Of a stretch of 64,000 bases of DNA, positions 12,679 to 25,749 are shown one piece after another (positions within the stretch are counted from its first letter, which is position 1; each line of letters begins with the position of its first letter). Made by a program: the position numbers and the translations under genes. The notes beneath the pieces are model-generated. The model did no database searches and was not told the origin of the DNA. It worked only from the letters and a program-made list of their open reading frames with translations. This DNA comes from Auanema rhodensis (Eukaryota; Animalia; Nematoda): assembly GCA_964057225.1 (NCBI GenBank), contig OZ059894.1, positions 14,260,001 to 14,324,000 on the forward strand. Direction: 5' to 3'.

Positions 12679-13969
12679 CCTATCTGTAAGTCAGAATTTA
12701 TTTTAGAAATTTCCGTTCACCATTAGTATTAAAATAATTTACGAGTGAAAACTTCAAAATATTCAAAAAAAAGTCGAACTTCATCTCGAAAATAGTTAAA
12801 CAAGCTCCAAATTTTTGGATCGCATTTGGTTACGTACGTTGCACCATTTATTTTTGTTTTCACGTCTAATGCTCTTTTTTGAGAAGACAAAATATAATTA
12901 TAATATGTTATTTTCAGTTTGGTTATAATGAAAATATGATATCAACAATAGTAAAATAAAGAATAAGCTATTTTTCATATTTGAAAAATAGTATTTTTCC
13001 AAGTATTTCTGTAATCATATAGGTCTTGAGGTCATGTTGAACGAAAACCTCTGATGTTTGGTGTGCGTGATGATGAACATATTTTTGGAGTCTTAGCTCT
13101 TTCTTATTATAAATTCTCTAAATTCGAAGTAAAACATTAAAAAAATAAAATTTTTGATGTTTATAACATAAATTCTCTCAATCAGTTGACTTTTATAATT
13201 TCAATGTTTTATTTTAGTTAAGTTCCTTTTGCCAGACATACAACATCCTATTTCTTCTAGGTTTAAAGAACAGAAAACATATTTGGTATTTATCAGACGG
13301 TGAAAGATAGTTTCATAACTTAAAAAAGAAGACAAAAGTTTAAAAGATGAAAAGATAAATTATTTAAAAAAGTTGTGTGACGGTGAGGGCCAAAATTCCA
13401 AATAGAGAAAAATGTGGAAACGCAAGAAAAAATGATTTTCGCTTCTATTTTTAATAAAATTATCATACTAAACTTTTTTCTTATTACTGCAAAAAGATTG
13501 TATTAATTGATTTCTTGTAAGTGTTTTCATGTTCACTGCACACCTAATATTTATCGAAGCATTGATATAACATACAAGCTCATACACAATTTTATATAAA
13601 CAAACGTGAATAGGATTAATACTTTATATATATTTTTAATTAAAAAATTGGAGAAGGAAACGTTAAAAGTTATGCAGCTAGTATTCAGATATGAACTCTA
13701 CTTTATTTTATATGAACATATTCAATTTGTACACACCCAAACTGCGAATCCCGATATATACACTATGGTTAGTCTCACAAAAAAGGCAATAATCACAGCT
13801 CTATGTCATAAAATCATCAATTGGGGAAGAATTTAGAATTTAGAAATTGATTTCGAAGTCATCTTGAGAAATTAAACAATTATTAAAAAGGGAATGCGTT
13901 AGACGTTTACATGGAAAACAATATAAAATCAGTTATAAAAATTAAAGCAGCTATAACATGAGACTTTCT

Positions 13970-15472
13970 TTATTCATCCCAATCAACCCATCCGTCTTCC
14001 TTCTTTTTTGATTCAGAATCTGAGGGCTTTGGAGTAACTGGACCAGCCTCGCCATCTTCGGAATTATTGGCAGTCTAAACGTAAAACATATTTGAAAACG
14101 TGATTTTTCTAATTGTTACTTCTTCATTTTTTTCGCTACACATACTCCAATCATCAGATTTCTCTGGGCTAGTAGGCTCTTCAACAATAGCTAAAGAGCT
14201 ATCAGATCCTGGAGAGTCATTCTTTTCAATGACATTTTTTCCTACAAAATCATTACTACATGCACAGGAGGAATACCAAAACCTCGAGAATCGGTCTTAA
14301 TGTTGAGCTCCTTGAGAGTGAATGTAGAGTTCATTTCATTATCAACTTCTGCCATCTCTACGGCAAAGAAGTAACGAGTCCAGAAAACTTCGGCCTTAAT
14401 GATTCCTGGGACCTTGAAAACGGTTTTGTAATAGGAAAAGTAATAAGATCACCAACCAGATTAGCATATATTTGTCTGATTGGTGGATTATTAGCCAAAA
14501 GGATGTTAATTTCTCCATCGTACTCACTCATATTAAATCGAGTTGCCCAACTCTCAAAGGCCTACAAGATTGATTTGAAAACAGAAAACAAAAATTCTAT
14601 TCGGGCATATAAAGCATGTGCACACAAACACATCGTCAAAATAAGGCCTTACTTCTTTATTTTTCGGCTCTTCCAAATACGTGCTTTCGCTAGTCTGAAT
14701 TTCCTGAAGTTTAATCTAAACATACGGATATTAAGAAGCTCGATAAAATTAGATAAGAACAAACCTGTGTGATCTTTGTATTTCTCATAACACGAGGCTT
14801 AATAGGTTCAGTGAAAGCTTCTTCGCCTTTCATACTTTCTTCAATTCCCAAATTTTTGACGGTGTCAGTTACAGTATCTACAAACGATTTCATCCAACCG
14901 AAACCCATTGAAGCACTTTTCTCCATCTATGAATATCATAACTTAATAATACCTATGATAGACAAACCTTGGTGATAACATCATCTTTCATTTCAGCAGA
15001 TGCCACATCTTCTTTCTCAGCAACAAATTCTTTTTCTTCTTCATCTGGAGTCACTAAACGTTCCAAATACTGAGCTTGTTGTTTAACTGCAGTAACCGTG
15101 CTATCAATACCTATAATAATACAATAAAAATAGTTAACAATAAAAACATGTCCTTACCTCCCTTTGCAGCTGATGTCAATTCAGCAACTTCAGTTGTCAT
15201 AGCTTCCGAAAATTCGCTCAAATCTTTTCTAACCATATCTAGAGTCTTCATTGTCTAAAAAATACAAGTTAATAATATTAAAATATATGCATGTATACAA
15301 CCTTCTCTCTAGCGGAAGAGAACCATGTGCTCCCGGCATCAAGCCAATTGGAAGCCCCCGGAAATAGTTCAATAGCAGGCTCTTCTTCAGATTTTGTTGA
15401 ATCAACAGCATCTTTTAAATCAGAAATAGGTTCAGCAGTTACCCGAGCGTCTTTTGCAACTTCGTCGCCCAT
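13970..15472 (-). CDS. BSD domain-containing protein (BSDC1-like), about 9 exons
   Basis: N-terminal W..SAREKTMKTLDMVRKDLSEF, BSD core LLANNPPIRQIYANLVPGIIKAEVFWTRYFF, SDDWS motif, and C-terminal DGWVDWDE*. All introns are GT-AG and in frame. Confidence 0.88.
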
Positions 15473-15851
15473 TGCTTAATCTTAAATGACAATGCTGAGA
15501 AAGACAATACTCTGCTCACGTGTTATGGCAAAACTATTAAATTAAACGAAAATTATTAATAAAAAATTACGAAACTAAAAAATTAAAGAACTAAAAAAAT
15601 TCAAATTAAATTTGAATAGAATTCAAAAAAAAAAAGTTTAAACGCTTCCCAACAAATGTTTTAAGCTGCTATCAAACAAAACAAAAAAGCTTGACAGACT
15701 TAAAACGTGATCGTGAACGAGAAGTTACGTATGCGCAATATTGCGTACATTTAATAATAAATTTTTTTTGAATTCATTTCAATAATATATATTAATATTA
15801 ATATACGATATTATAGTGTCGATCTTCTGTGACAATTTGCAAAAGAGAAAA
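15473..15851. promoter_or_regulatory. Probable bidirectional promoter between BSDC1-like (-) and dcs-1 (+)
   Basis: 379 bp between divergent ATGs. Contains poly(A) tracts, CACGTG at 15517, GTTACGTA at 15724, and the perfect palindrome CGCAATATTGCG at 15734-15745. Confidence 0.6.
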
Positions 15852-17014
15852 ATGGTACAATCCGACAATTCTAGCATATCCTGTGAATCTATTAACTCAG
15901 ACAATAAAAGAGCTCTAGCCTATTTGAGTAACTGTACTGTAAAAGAAGTGTTAGGTGCCAATTCTTCTGAAAAAGTGGGCTATATTCTAATAATACTATT
16001 AATGTGAAATCTTCAGGCCGTATTCTTGCTTCTCGAAAAAGAATCTGAGGGCCAGGCTATTCTAATTTTGAATAAAACTGCTTTTAGTGAAGTTGTAGAT
16101 GATATCACACAACTTGTTCACAACATTCATTTGACCACAAACTCGAAAAATGATATTTTTGCTAATTATTCTGTCACCGTGCCTCCTGAGATGAACAGTA
16201 AGATTATACTATAATATTTTAAGTTTAGTAATTTAGCTCTCAAAAGCCAACTGATACATCCAGTAACAGAGAATTTGATTGCCAAATACCGTACAGAGGA
16301 GAAATATGTTGTGCAAGAGACTCCTGAAGATTATGAAACGATTACTAAAGCTTACATAGAAAAATATCAGAATAGCTTACAGGTTTCGGAGTTGTGAATC
16401 TTCTTTTACTATTTTATTTTTCAGTGGGTTTACAATATTCTTGACAAAATGGCTGAGAAAGACAGAATGATCTACAACTATCCTGATCCTCAGAATGGCT
16501 TTATTCTACTTCAAGATATCAAATGGGATGGTAAAAGGATAGAATGCATGTACTGTTTAGCAATCGTTCATCGTCGTGGAATTAAGAGCGTTAGGTTTAG
16601 CATACAAACTAATATTTCATTGTTTATTTATTTTGAAGGGATTTGACAGGTGATGATATTCCTATGTTGAAAGATTTGAAAGAAAAATGTTTTGATGCTC
16701 TTAACAGTCAATTCGGAATTAGGAAAGACCAAATCAAAGCATATTTCCATTATCAACCATCGTTCTATCATCTTCACGTTCATATGGTTAAGTAAGTTTT
16801 TTTGTCGGATGGACAATATACATCTTTGACTCATTTCAGTCTCAAATATGATGCTCCAGGAAGCACAACTCTTAGTGCAATTTTATTTGATGACGTTGTT
16901 AATAATCTCAGCATTGACTCAGATTATTACAAAAAAGCCACAATTAGTTTTACAAGGAAAAAGAATGATAATCTTATCAAAATGTTCCAAGAAGCAAATC
17001 GAATTGAACAATAA
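15852..17014 (+). CDS. dcs-1: m7GpppX scavenger decapping enzyme DcpS (HIT family)
   Basis: KSQLIHP, ETPEDYETITKAYI, WVYNILDKMAEKDR, GFILLQDIKWDG, LAIVHRRGIKSVRDL, and the HIT motif YFHYQPSFYHLHVH. Confidence 0.96.
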
Positions 17015-17194
17015 TCTTTATATTTTTTTCTGTTTTACTGTACAAGAATCCATTGAATGATCTGCATAATACTACGGATAAAAATTTTCTCAACTATTTT
17101 TTGATAATTGTTTGTCTGTCTATTAGCATCGGAGTTATTTATACTGTATCTATATTATTTCATACATTACTAGAAGAGTCCTGCTCTTTTAAGA

Positions 17195-20060
17195 ATGTCT
17201 CTACTCATTTTATATGGAAGTGAGACTGGTACAGCACAAGATACAGCTGAGACTTTACGTAGGGAAGGAATTCTTCAGGGATTGTCGGTTAGGCTACAAG
17301 GATTAGATGAATATGATGTTGACGTTTGTATTTTTGTACTATAGGGTTACCTATTTTCTTATTCAGCAACTACCAAACGAACGCTTGGTATTATTTGTTG
17401 TTGCTACTACTGGGCAAGGTGAATTACCTCCAAATATGAGATCATCTTGGAGAAAGCTTCTCCGAAGATCTTTACCAAATTCCTGGTTGACGCAGGTTCA
17501 GCTTCTTGCGATATCATCGCTTTACAATTTTTTTAAAGACTATGATTGCTGTGTTTGGCTTGGGAGATTCATCATATCAAAAATATAATTTTGCTGGAAA
17601 AAAGCTTTATCGCCGTTTACTTCAATTAGGAGCATCTGAAGTTATACCACTAGGATTAGGAGATGATCAACACGAAATTGGGTTAGATGGTGCTTTCACT
17701 CCATGGAAACAATCACTTTGGGAAGTTGTATATCAGAAGAAAATATTTGAAGTAAACTCAAATTGTTAAGCTCCTGTCATTAATTTCTTTTTAGAATATG
17801 AAAGATGGTTTTGATCCTGCAACTCCACTACCTCCTCGCTTTGTACTTACTGATGTTCCCATCTCAAAAACTGTTTCGGGTACTTCTTATGATCGTTTTT
17901 ATGAACTTCCTTTACTCAGAAATGAAAGATGCACGTCTCTTGAACATTTTCAAGTAAGTGAATGGCCTAGTTATATAATTAGAAATAACATATTATAGGA
18001 TACTAGACTTTTCGAATTTGAAATACCATCTGATTATTCAACACAATTCATGTTCGTTCTATACATCAGTTTTATAAGTAAATAATACGGTATTTTTATA
18101 GTTATAAACCAGGAGATGTTTTGATGGTTAGACCATATAATCTACCAGAAACAATAGACATAGCTATTAATGCAATGGGATTTACTGATGAGGTTTTGGA
18201 CAATGAATTCTATATTCATCCTAATGACCCATTCTTACGTACTCCTCCAACTTGGCTCATTGGAGGTTTTGTTAAATTTCGTTCAGTTAAACCGTATTCC
18301 TTTCAGAGAAAACTACTATCCGTACATGTCTTACTCGTTTATTTGATTTACAAATGATTCCACGTAAATCTTTCTTCGAAACTCTAGGAAGTATCTCTAC
18401 AAATGAAATGGAAAAAGAAAGACTTCTAGAACTAGGCAGTCCTCAAGGAATAGTTGGGATTTTTTTTGTTATTCTTCAAGTTGTACGTATTACAGGATGA
18501 TTTGCTCGACTATTGTGTTAGATGTAAACGAACTGTAGCTGAAACTCTGAGAGATTTCCCAGCAACAGCAAAGAATATAACACCTGATCGTCTCTTTGAT
18601 ATTTTCTCTTATATAAGACCACGTGCTTTTAGTATTGCCTCAAATTTAAGAACTCAACCAAACCGTATCGAATTGCTAGTTGCTAGGGTAAGATTTCTAT
18701 ATTTAGATATTTTAGTTATAAGTCATCATGTCTGTATTTCTATAGAGCTTTAATTGAATTGCTCATTTCAGGTGGAATATAAATCTCGCATATCTGTCCC
18801 TCGTCGAGGACTATGTAGTAACTTTTTAAGCTCAATTCAGCCAGGTCAAAAGGTCTCATAAAACAATGCTCTTTCTTAAGAATCAAGTTTTCTATTTTAA
18901 TTCTGTTTGCTTTTATAAGAACTGTCCAATTCTTAGTCATTGTATCATCATAAACTTTTTCCAGGTATTTGCCCGTGTGCGTGTTGGGACATTTAACTTC
19001 CCTTCTAACCCCGAAGTTCCTGTGCTTTGTGTTGGCCCAGGAACAGGCGTAGCACCTTTCAGAAGCTATTTGAACTGGCGGTAAGGAATAATGAAGAAAT
19101 ACAGGCATATTTTATTCTTAAATATTAGTATAGAAAATATAGAAAGAGTTAAGAGGCGATTTTACATAAAACTACTATTCTGACACAATGTTCAAATACC
19201 AAAATTTTAAATCAATACTGCTAACTGTACTTCTGATTTCAAAGTGGAATTTTCAGTGATGATACACCTTCATCTTCAATTCTTTTCTTTGGTGCGCGTG
19301 GCTCTACAAAAGATTTTTATTTTGCCGACGAATGGCCTAAGATGTCTTACACGAAGCTTTTCACAGCTTTCAGTCGCGATCAGGAGAAAAAAGTATGAAC
19401 TTTATGTTTTGAGAATGAGATGACTCCCTACCACCATCACTTTATCCCAACTTTAAGTTTGCTTCTTGCAAATAAATGTGCTCAGTAAGCTCACGCAAAC
19501 AACAAGCGTGAAAATCAAAACTTATCATTCGATGGCAAAATGACGTTTTCCGATTCTAGATCTCATCCTCCTTAAACTAAATATTGTATTTAGATATATG
19601 TGCAGAACGTTATGGCTCAAAATGCCGCAGAAATTTGGAAATTAATTGGAGCAAATACTAACGGTAGTTCTATAGATTGTATTTATTTTGCTGTTTTCTT
19701 TCTTCTTTTGTTTAAAACTTTTTCTTTTGAGTGTTTAGTTTGAACTTTTCTACTATATCTTATGGAATCACATTATCTATTTGTCTTTGTTCTGTTAGAT
19801 TATTTGAATTTATGAACTGAACAGTAATCATTGAAACTGTGATCTTCTCACCTACCCTATGTTCTGATTTCTGATCAAACTTTTATTTCTTTTTGAACAA
19901 TTTACGTTTAGGTATGGTATTTGTGGCTGGCAGCTCGGGAGATATGCCGGAAGCTGTAGCTGATGTTTTGAACAAAATCGCGGAAAAATACGGTTTTGAA
20001 GGATCATATGTTCAGCTTCTTGAAGGCAAAGGACGTCTTCAGTATGAGACATGGTCCTAG
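17195..20060 (+). CDS. fre-1: NADPH-dependent diflavin oxidoreductase 1 (NDOR1/Tah18)
   Basis: [107 protein letters not shown], and C-terminal YETWS*. Confidence 0.96.
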
Positions 20061-20322
20061 AGAACAAAAGATATTTACTTTTCAAGAAAGTTTCAAATTC
20101 TAGTTTTTAAGCTTATTTCTATTTACTTGTACATTGGTGATTGTAAACATCTATATTTCGTGTGAGAAAAAGATTAATTTAGAAAAAATTTTATTTTTAA
20201 TATTTCTTCAAATTTATTGCAAGCATTTGTATTACACAAAGGATGAATGGACAAGACAATGGACCGGATATGAAGTATTTCTGAGAGACAGTTGAAAGAG
20301 AATCCAACGGATAACAATTCTC

Positions 20323-21234
20323 TTAGAGGGCAAAGGCAACCAAAGTAGCAGTTAAAGCTACAACGGAAGAAACTGTGGAAATTCCGTTGAATTGCTGATC
20401 GAACATTCTGTTGTTCAAGTATGATGGGGTGGTTGATCCTGAAAGAAAACGCATATGAAGTTAATTCTTAAATCTTCAATTCAATGTGTAAGTTCATGTT
20501 TCATTTGCATTGTAATCTCGCAGTTGCAACTGAATGACATGTGATTGTGCTACAAGTTTGAGGACATGATGTCTGCCATCATCAACCTTCTGAAGCATAA
20601 TTCAGCTATTTGTTGACATTTCCATTGACTAACTGTTGCGTCGCTTTTCCTCTCAACTTCTATATTTCTAAGTCACACTCTATTAACTAAGCAAATAAAC
20701 GCACAAACAAAAAAACTTAGTTATTTCCACTTTTCACGTATCTTTTTCTTTTATAATGACAAGGAACTAGAGTATAGTTCATGCAAAAATTGATTACTAA
20801 CCGTATTGTCCATATTGAGTGTTGTAACCGTTGTTACTGTTGGAAGCATATCCGTTAGTAGTATATCCAGTGTTTGAGTTGGCAGCATATCCATTGTTAC
20901 TGTAGCTTGGCTGATTATAAGTCTGTCCATAGCTAGATTGTCCATATTGGTTGTTACTGTAACCAATGTTAGATTAATCATCATGATCAAGAAATATGTG
21001 CAAGTTTCTTACCTATATTGGCTGAATCTCATTGGCTGATTGTTGGATGGAGTTGGAGCCTGCTGTTGGGAAACAAAGCCATTAGTTTGTTGAGGCTAAA
21101 ACATTAATTTTTCTTTGATTCAAGATATTCATTGTGTTGATGAGCAGAAGTTTTGAATTACTCACGTTATAATATTGTTGCGCTACGGAAAACCAGAAGA
21201 CGGCAACAAAGAGAACAACAATAGATCTTTGCAT
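20323..21234 (-). CDS. Secreted Q/N/Y/G-rich low-complexity (prion-like, PQN-type) protein, probably GPI-anchored, 4 exons
   Basis: Signal peptide MQRSIVVLFVAVFWFSVAQ, repeats such as QYGQ, SNNGY and NGYASNS, and hydrophobic C-terminus NGISTVSSVVALTATLVAFAL*. Canonical splice sites. TATA-like TATATAAG at 21639-21646 on the minus strand. Confidence 0.8.
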
Positions 21235-23604
21235 GATTTTCTAAAAAAAAGGAAAATTAATTTTTAAATTTAATAAATGAATGTTAAGATTGATTATAAA
21301 ATGAAGAAAAAATATTTTAATTTCAAGATATAAATACAGTATATTCCAAAATAAAATACTGTAGGACAGATCATGTGAGAGAATTGTTTTGTATGAAATA
21401 TTTACATTTGATAAAGTAAATTGTTCTTGAATCAAGAAAGTACGTGTGGAAGTTTACTAAGTATATGATGAATTAGAAATAGATTTGAATGTCAAAATCT
21501 AAAAGAAATTGAAGAAAGTAGGTTATAGACCGATAATTAAAGTTATAATACATATTGCAATTGAAATCTCAAATTCTTGCTTCTTAAAGTAATTAAAGAA
21601 AAAAGCTCGAGATAATGCTTCTGAAATCGTTCAGTAGTCTTATATACCGCGAGGTCACGATGGGAGGAGTCCAAAGCTCTGAGATAGAAGAGTGAAGGGG
21701 TGGAGCATGAGATGCCATTCCAGCCTTTTCTCTATTTACCTCTCAAATTATACAGGAACAACACGTAAAATAGTGAGAGATCACTAGCTTTCAAGAGAGA
21801 AAAAAACGGCAAAATGAAGTTAGAAGAGAGAAAATTACTGACAAGAAGAAGCCGTAAGATTATAATTTGTGGATCAATATTGACAAGAAATCAGTAACTA
21901 CTAACGTGAAAACGAACTGGATGAAGAAGACAAAAAGAAGAATAAGACGCTTTGAAATCATCTTTGGATTACTAGTAGTAGACAAGTCTTGTATCATCAA
22001 CTAAATAAATGAAGAGAAAACAGTACATGTATAGTTGAAAAATGAGTTAAATGATGCAATTGATACAACACAACAGCAAGTAATCTGTTTTCAAATAGAA
22101 TTCTTCAATTGAAATGATATCATTCAACCAAATAAACGACGATTAGAGTTAGCTATTCAAAGCATTGTGATTTCGTTGAATTCAGTTTTCAGCATTTTTT
22201 TCTTTCTTAAACCATATGTATACTTTAGAGTTAAGAGCACTCAAATGTGCTGGTACAGCCAATATACAATGTGTAGGTGTAGATGAAACCAGTGACAAAA
22301 CGTTGGAAGGAAGAGCCAAATTGAACTTCCTTTTCATTTGTGAATGTTGTCCGATCAAATGGCAATACCCATTTTAGGTTATTTCAGGTTATAGTTCCGT
22401 TATATTTACTTTATTCTTTCTTCTTAGCTCTTAACAAGAATCTGAATATTTGTTTTGATATTCACTTCCGAAAACGTGGTGGTGAACTAGATGCTTTCAA
22501 TTATTTTTCTTCTTCTGCTCCTTGTACATTTCGTTTTTTTTGTTCAAAAAGTAATTGTAGAAAAACATTTATATTTTAACAATATATAATTATATTTATA
22601 TAGTTAAAATATAAATAATATATGTCTTTAAAGTATAAAATATATATTATATATGTATATATTAACATGTAGGTGTTACTATTAACTTTTTCTTTTATTT
22701 TCATGAAACAATCTTGTATTCAATACTTCACAATTTTTTTCATGACTTCATATCTGTTAAACTAGAATCTCTTTCTCTTTCAAGTATATAGAAATAACTT
22801 AAACATAATCCAAAGTGCACGTGTTTGAATTCAAGAATTTAATTTTTATCAAAAAGTTAACAAACATTTTGAAAAAATGAAGAGAAGTGAATATGATAGA
22901 CAAAGAGAGTTGAAGACATTTGATGTTAGAAATGTTAGAATAAGAAGAACAACATGACATCAAATTGAATCAATTACAGTATTGAAGAGATAACGATGCG
23001 GCAGCGTAAGCTCATGATACCCGTGATAAGTAAATAGCAAAAAATTGAAAAAGATGAGATTGAAGCGGTCCTTAACATGAGAAATTAAATTTTTTTGTTT
23101 TATTAAATATTTGAAAAGCAGACGAATTTACCTATTTGCATGCATGTAATCTTCTTTTTTTTCATTTAAATCTAAAATGTCTGTGATACTGTAAAATATT
23201 TTACTTATTTCTTTAATATATTTATACTATATATATATAGTATATATCTAACTATTAAATAGTAAAGATACATGTTGATCATCTATAGTTTGAATATAAG
23301 AATGTTTGAGTAAGTATAATACTATTTATAATATAATCATCATACTAACTATATATACTATATACATATAAGTATTTGTTGACGAATATAAGAAATACAA
23401 ATACTATTTTAGAAACATGAGTCAACTGTTAAATAAGGAAAACAAGTAACAAACAGTTAGAAAGAACATTTTCCTATTAATATAATGATTCATTCAATTT
23501 TGAGTTATATCTATAAATTTTCTTGAATTATAATAGATATTAATATAATTTTAATTAACTATAGAATGACAAAATAAAAAATAAATAAAAATAAATTGAA
23601 AATG

Positions 23605-24949
23605 TTATATTCGTTCACTCTTTATCAAACTTGCAACCTGAAAAATAAACTTTGTGAAAAGTTAAAGAAGGTTTTTGATTTACTTTATGAGTATAAGGTA
23701 CATCTTTTAACCATTCAGAAGCACAGATTTGATTACAATCTGGTCTTTCATTTGGTTTTGGATGAAGAATAGCCAAAATTAATTTTTTCAATTGTTTTGT
23801 TAAATTAAATTTAGATGAAAATCTTAAAATATTTTAAATTTAATAAATTTAATAAATATTATATATTATAATATTATATTATTATGTATTAAAGTATAAT
23901 TACTTGATTTTTGCTTTAATTTGTTGCTCAATCAGATCAGCTTCATCAGTAAAAGGCATTAGACCAGTAACCATAATGTATAAAACAACTCCAGCACTCC
24001 ATATATCAGACTAAAACTTTATGTATTTATATTCTTTTTTGCTTTTGGATAGAGGGAGTAAATAACAGAATGAGAATTTTGCTTAACAAAGTGTCTTGAA
24101 ATTTGAAAATATTTTTTCTCAAAAAATCATACACTTTGGCCTTTATACTTCTGTCTCATTAGAATTTCAGGAGCACAATATGGTTTACTTCCACACCATG
24201 ATGTTGCTTCTTCTTCCTAAATTTGATCCGAATACTAGTATAATCATATTTCTAAGATGATACATACATTTGATAAATAACGAGAAAATCCAAAATCTCC
24301 TAATTTTATATTTTCATTTTGATCCAAAAATATATTTTCACATTTAAGATCTCTATGAATTAAATTTTTGTTATTTAAATACTGAAATTAATTTCAAAAA
24401 CAATACAAAAATATATAAAAATGATAGTAAACATACCAGTAAAGCTTCCATTAATTGTCTAAAAGTGATTTTGGCTTCAGGTTCTTTCATGACTTGTCGT
24501 TGAATTTTTTCCAACAAATCACCCGAAGAACAGTATTCTTGTACAAAAATAATTTTATTTCCAGAATTAATAACCTTTAAAGAAATAATTTGGATAAACT
24601 ATGTGAATATAATTAAAAATTTTTACCCTCATAGTTTTAATAATACTTGGATGATCTAATGTTTCAACAATACTTGTTTCACGTTTAACAAATTTTAAAC
24701 TTATATCAGATAATTCTCTAAAATAAAATTATATTTAATAAAATATTTAAACATACTTGATATTAATAACTTTTAATGCAACATTCTTATTTTCATATAT
24801 TCCTAGATAAACTTTAGAAAATGTTCCACGTCCTATATACTTATGAAATACAATTCCAAAATTCTTTTTTAAACTTTCCCTGTTAGTTTCAACTTAAATA
24901 TATATTTCTTCATTATTATTTTTTTATTAGAAATAATACCACAACTCAT
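23605..24949 (-). CDS. Testis-specific serine/threonine kinase-like (TSSK family), about 9 exons
   Basis: [67 protein letters not shown], and [28 protein letters not shown] is typical of TSSKs. Confidence 0.85.
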
Positions 24950-25192
24950 TATGACCGCTCTGTTCCAAAATATTTCAAAAACATATTTTGAATTTGTTTT
25001 TTTTTCATTTTTTGTACAAAAATATTTAAGATCGGTCGTCCTTTTTTTCAAAACTAAATATATTTAAACAGCTTTATTATCAACAAATGCTATATACATA
25101 TAAAATAAAATTAATTTACGAAATATATCTAAAATGGCTTGTTTTATGTATTAATTTGTAGTTTTACATAAATAAAAAAATAATATTAAATA

Positions 25193-25749
25193 TTAGGTGT
25201 GCGCAAAAGTTTCTGGCCCTCCTCCCGCCCACACGCACCCACCTCATATTTTTTAAACGTGTGTCCAGAAACTTTTAAAAATAATTCTCCTCATTCTCCA
25301 AGGTTTTCTGCCAGTTCTGAAGCAATTTTCTTATTCCTTTTTTGAAAAAGACCTTTGGTTTTGATTCAAAAAAGTTTTTCAAGAAGGCGTCGACCTCCTC
25401 TTTATTTCTGAAGATTTTACCCTTCAAAAAATGCTCCATCGATCTGAATAAATGATAATCAGATGGAGCAAGGTCTGGCGAGTACGGTGGATGCTTCAGG
25501 AGCTCCCATCCATTTTCCTCCACAACTAGACACAAGACTTTGTGTTACGCACGTGTTGCTTGTCAAAAGCCATTTCAGAAAACAAGAGCAAAAACGAAAT
25601 TAAAAGTGAAAAAAGAAGATTTTTTTCATAATTTAAATTTAAAACAATTTTTAAAATATAATTTTGAATTTGGTTTATGCTAATTTTCAAATTCAAAATA
25701 TTTATTCGAATTTAAATGTGGGTGGCCAAAAACATTTTCGCACATCTAA
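25193..25749 (-). mobile_element. Internally deleted (non-autonomous) mariner element
   Basis: Imperfect TIRs TTAGGTGTGCGCAAAAGTTTCTGGCC / TTAGATGTGCGAAAATGTTTTTGGCC flanked by TA. Only the C-terminal transposase fragment GWELLKHPPYSPDLAPSDYHLFRSM...GIRKLLQNWQK (25275-25535) is retained. Confidence 0.93.

Noticed and set aside
13050-13080. CTGA and TGATGA boxes suggesting a C/D snoRNA
   Set aside because: The boxes are in the wrong order, with no downstream D box and no terminal stem.
14260-14772. 170-aa plus-strand ORF
   Set aside because: Antisense shadow of BSDC1-like exons.
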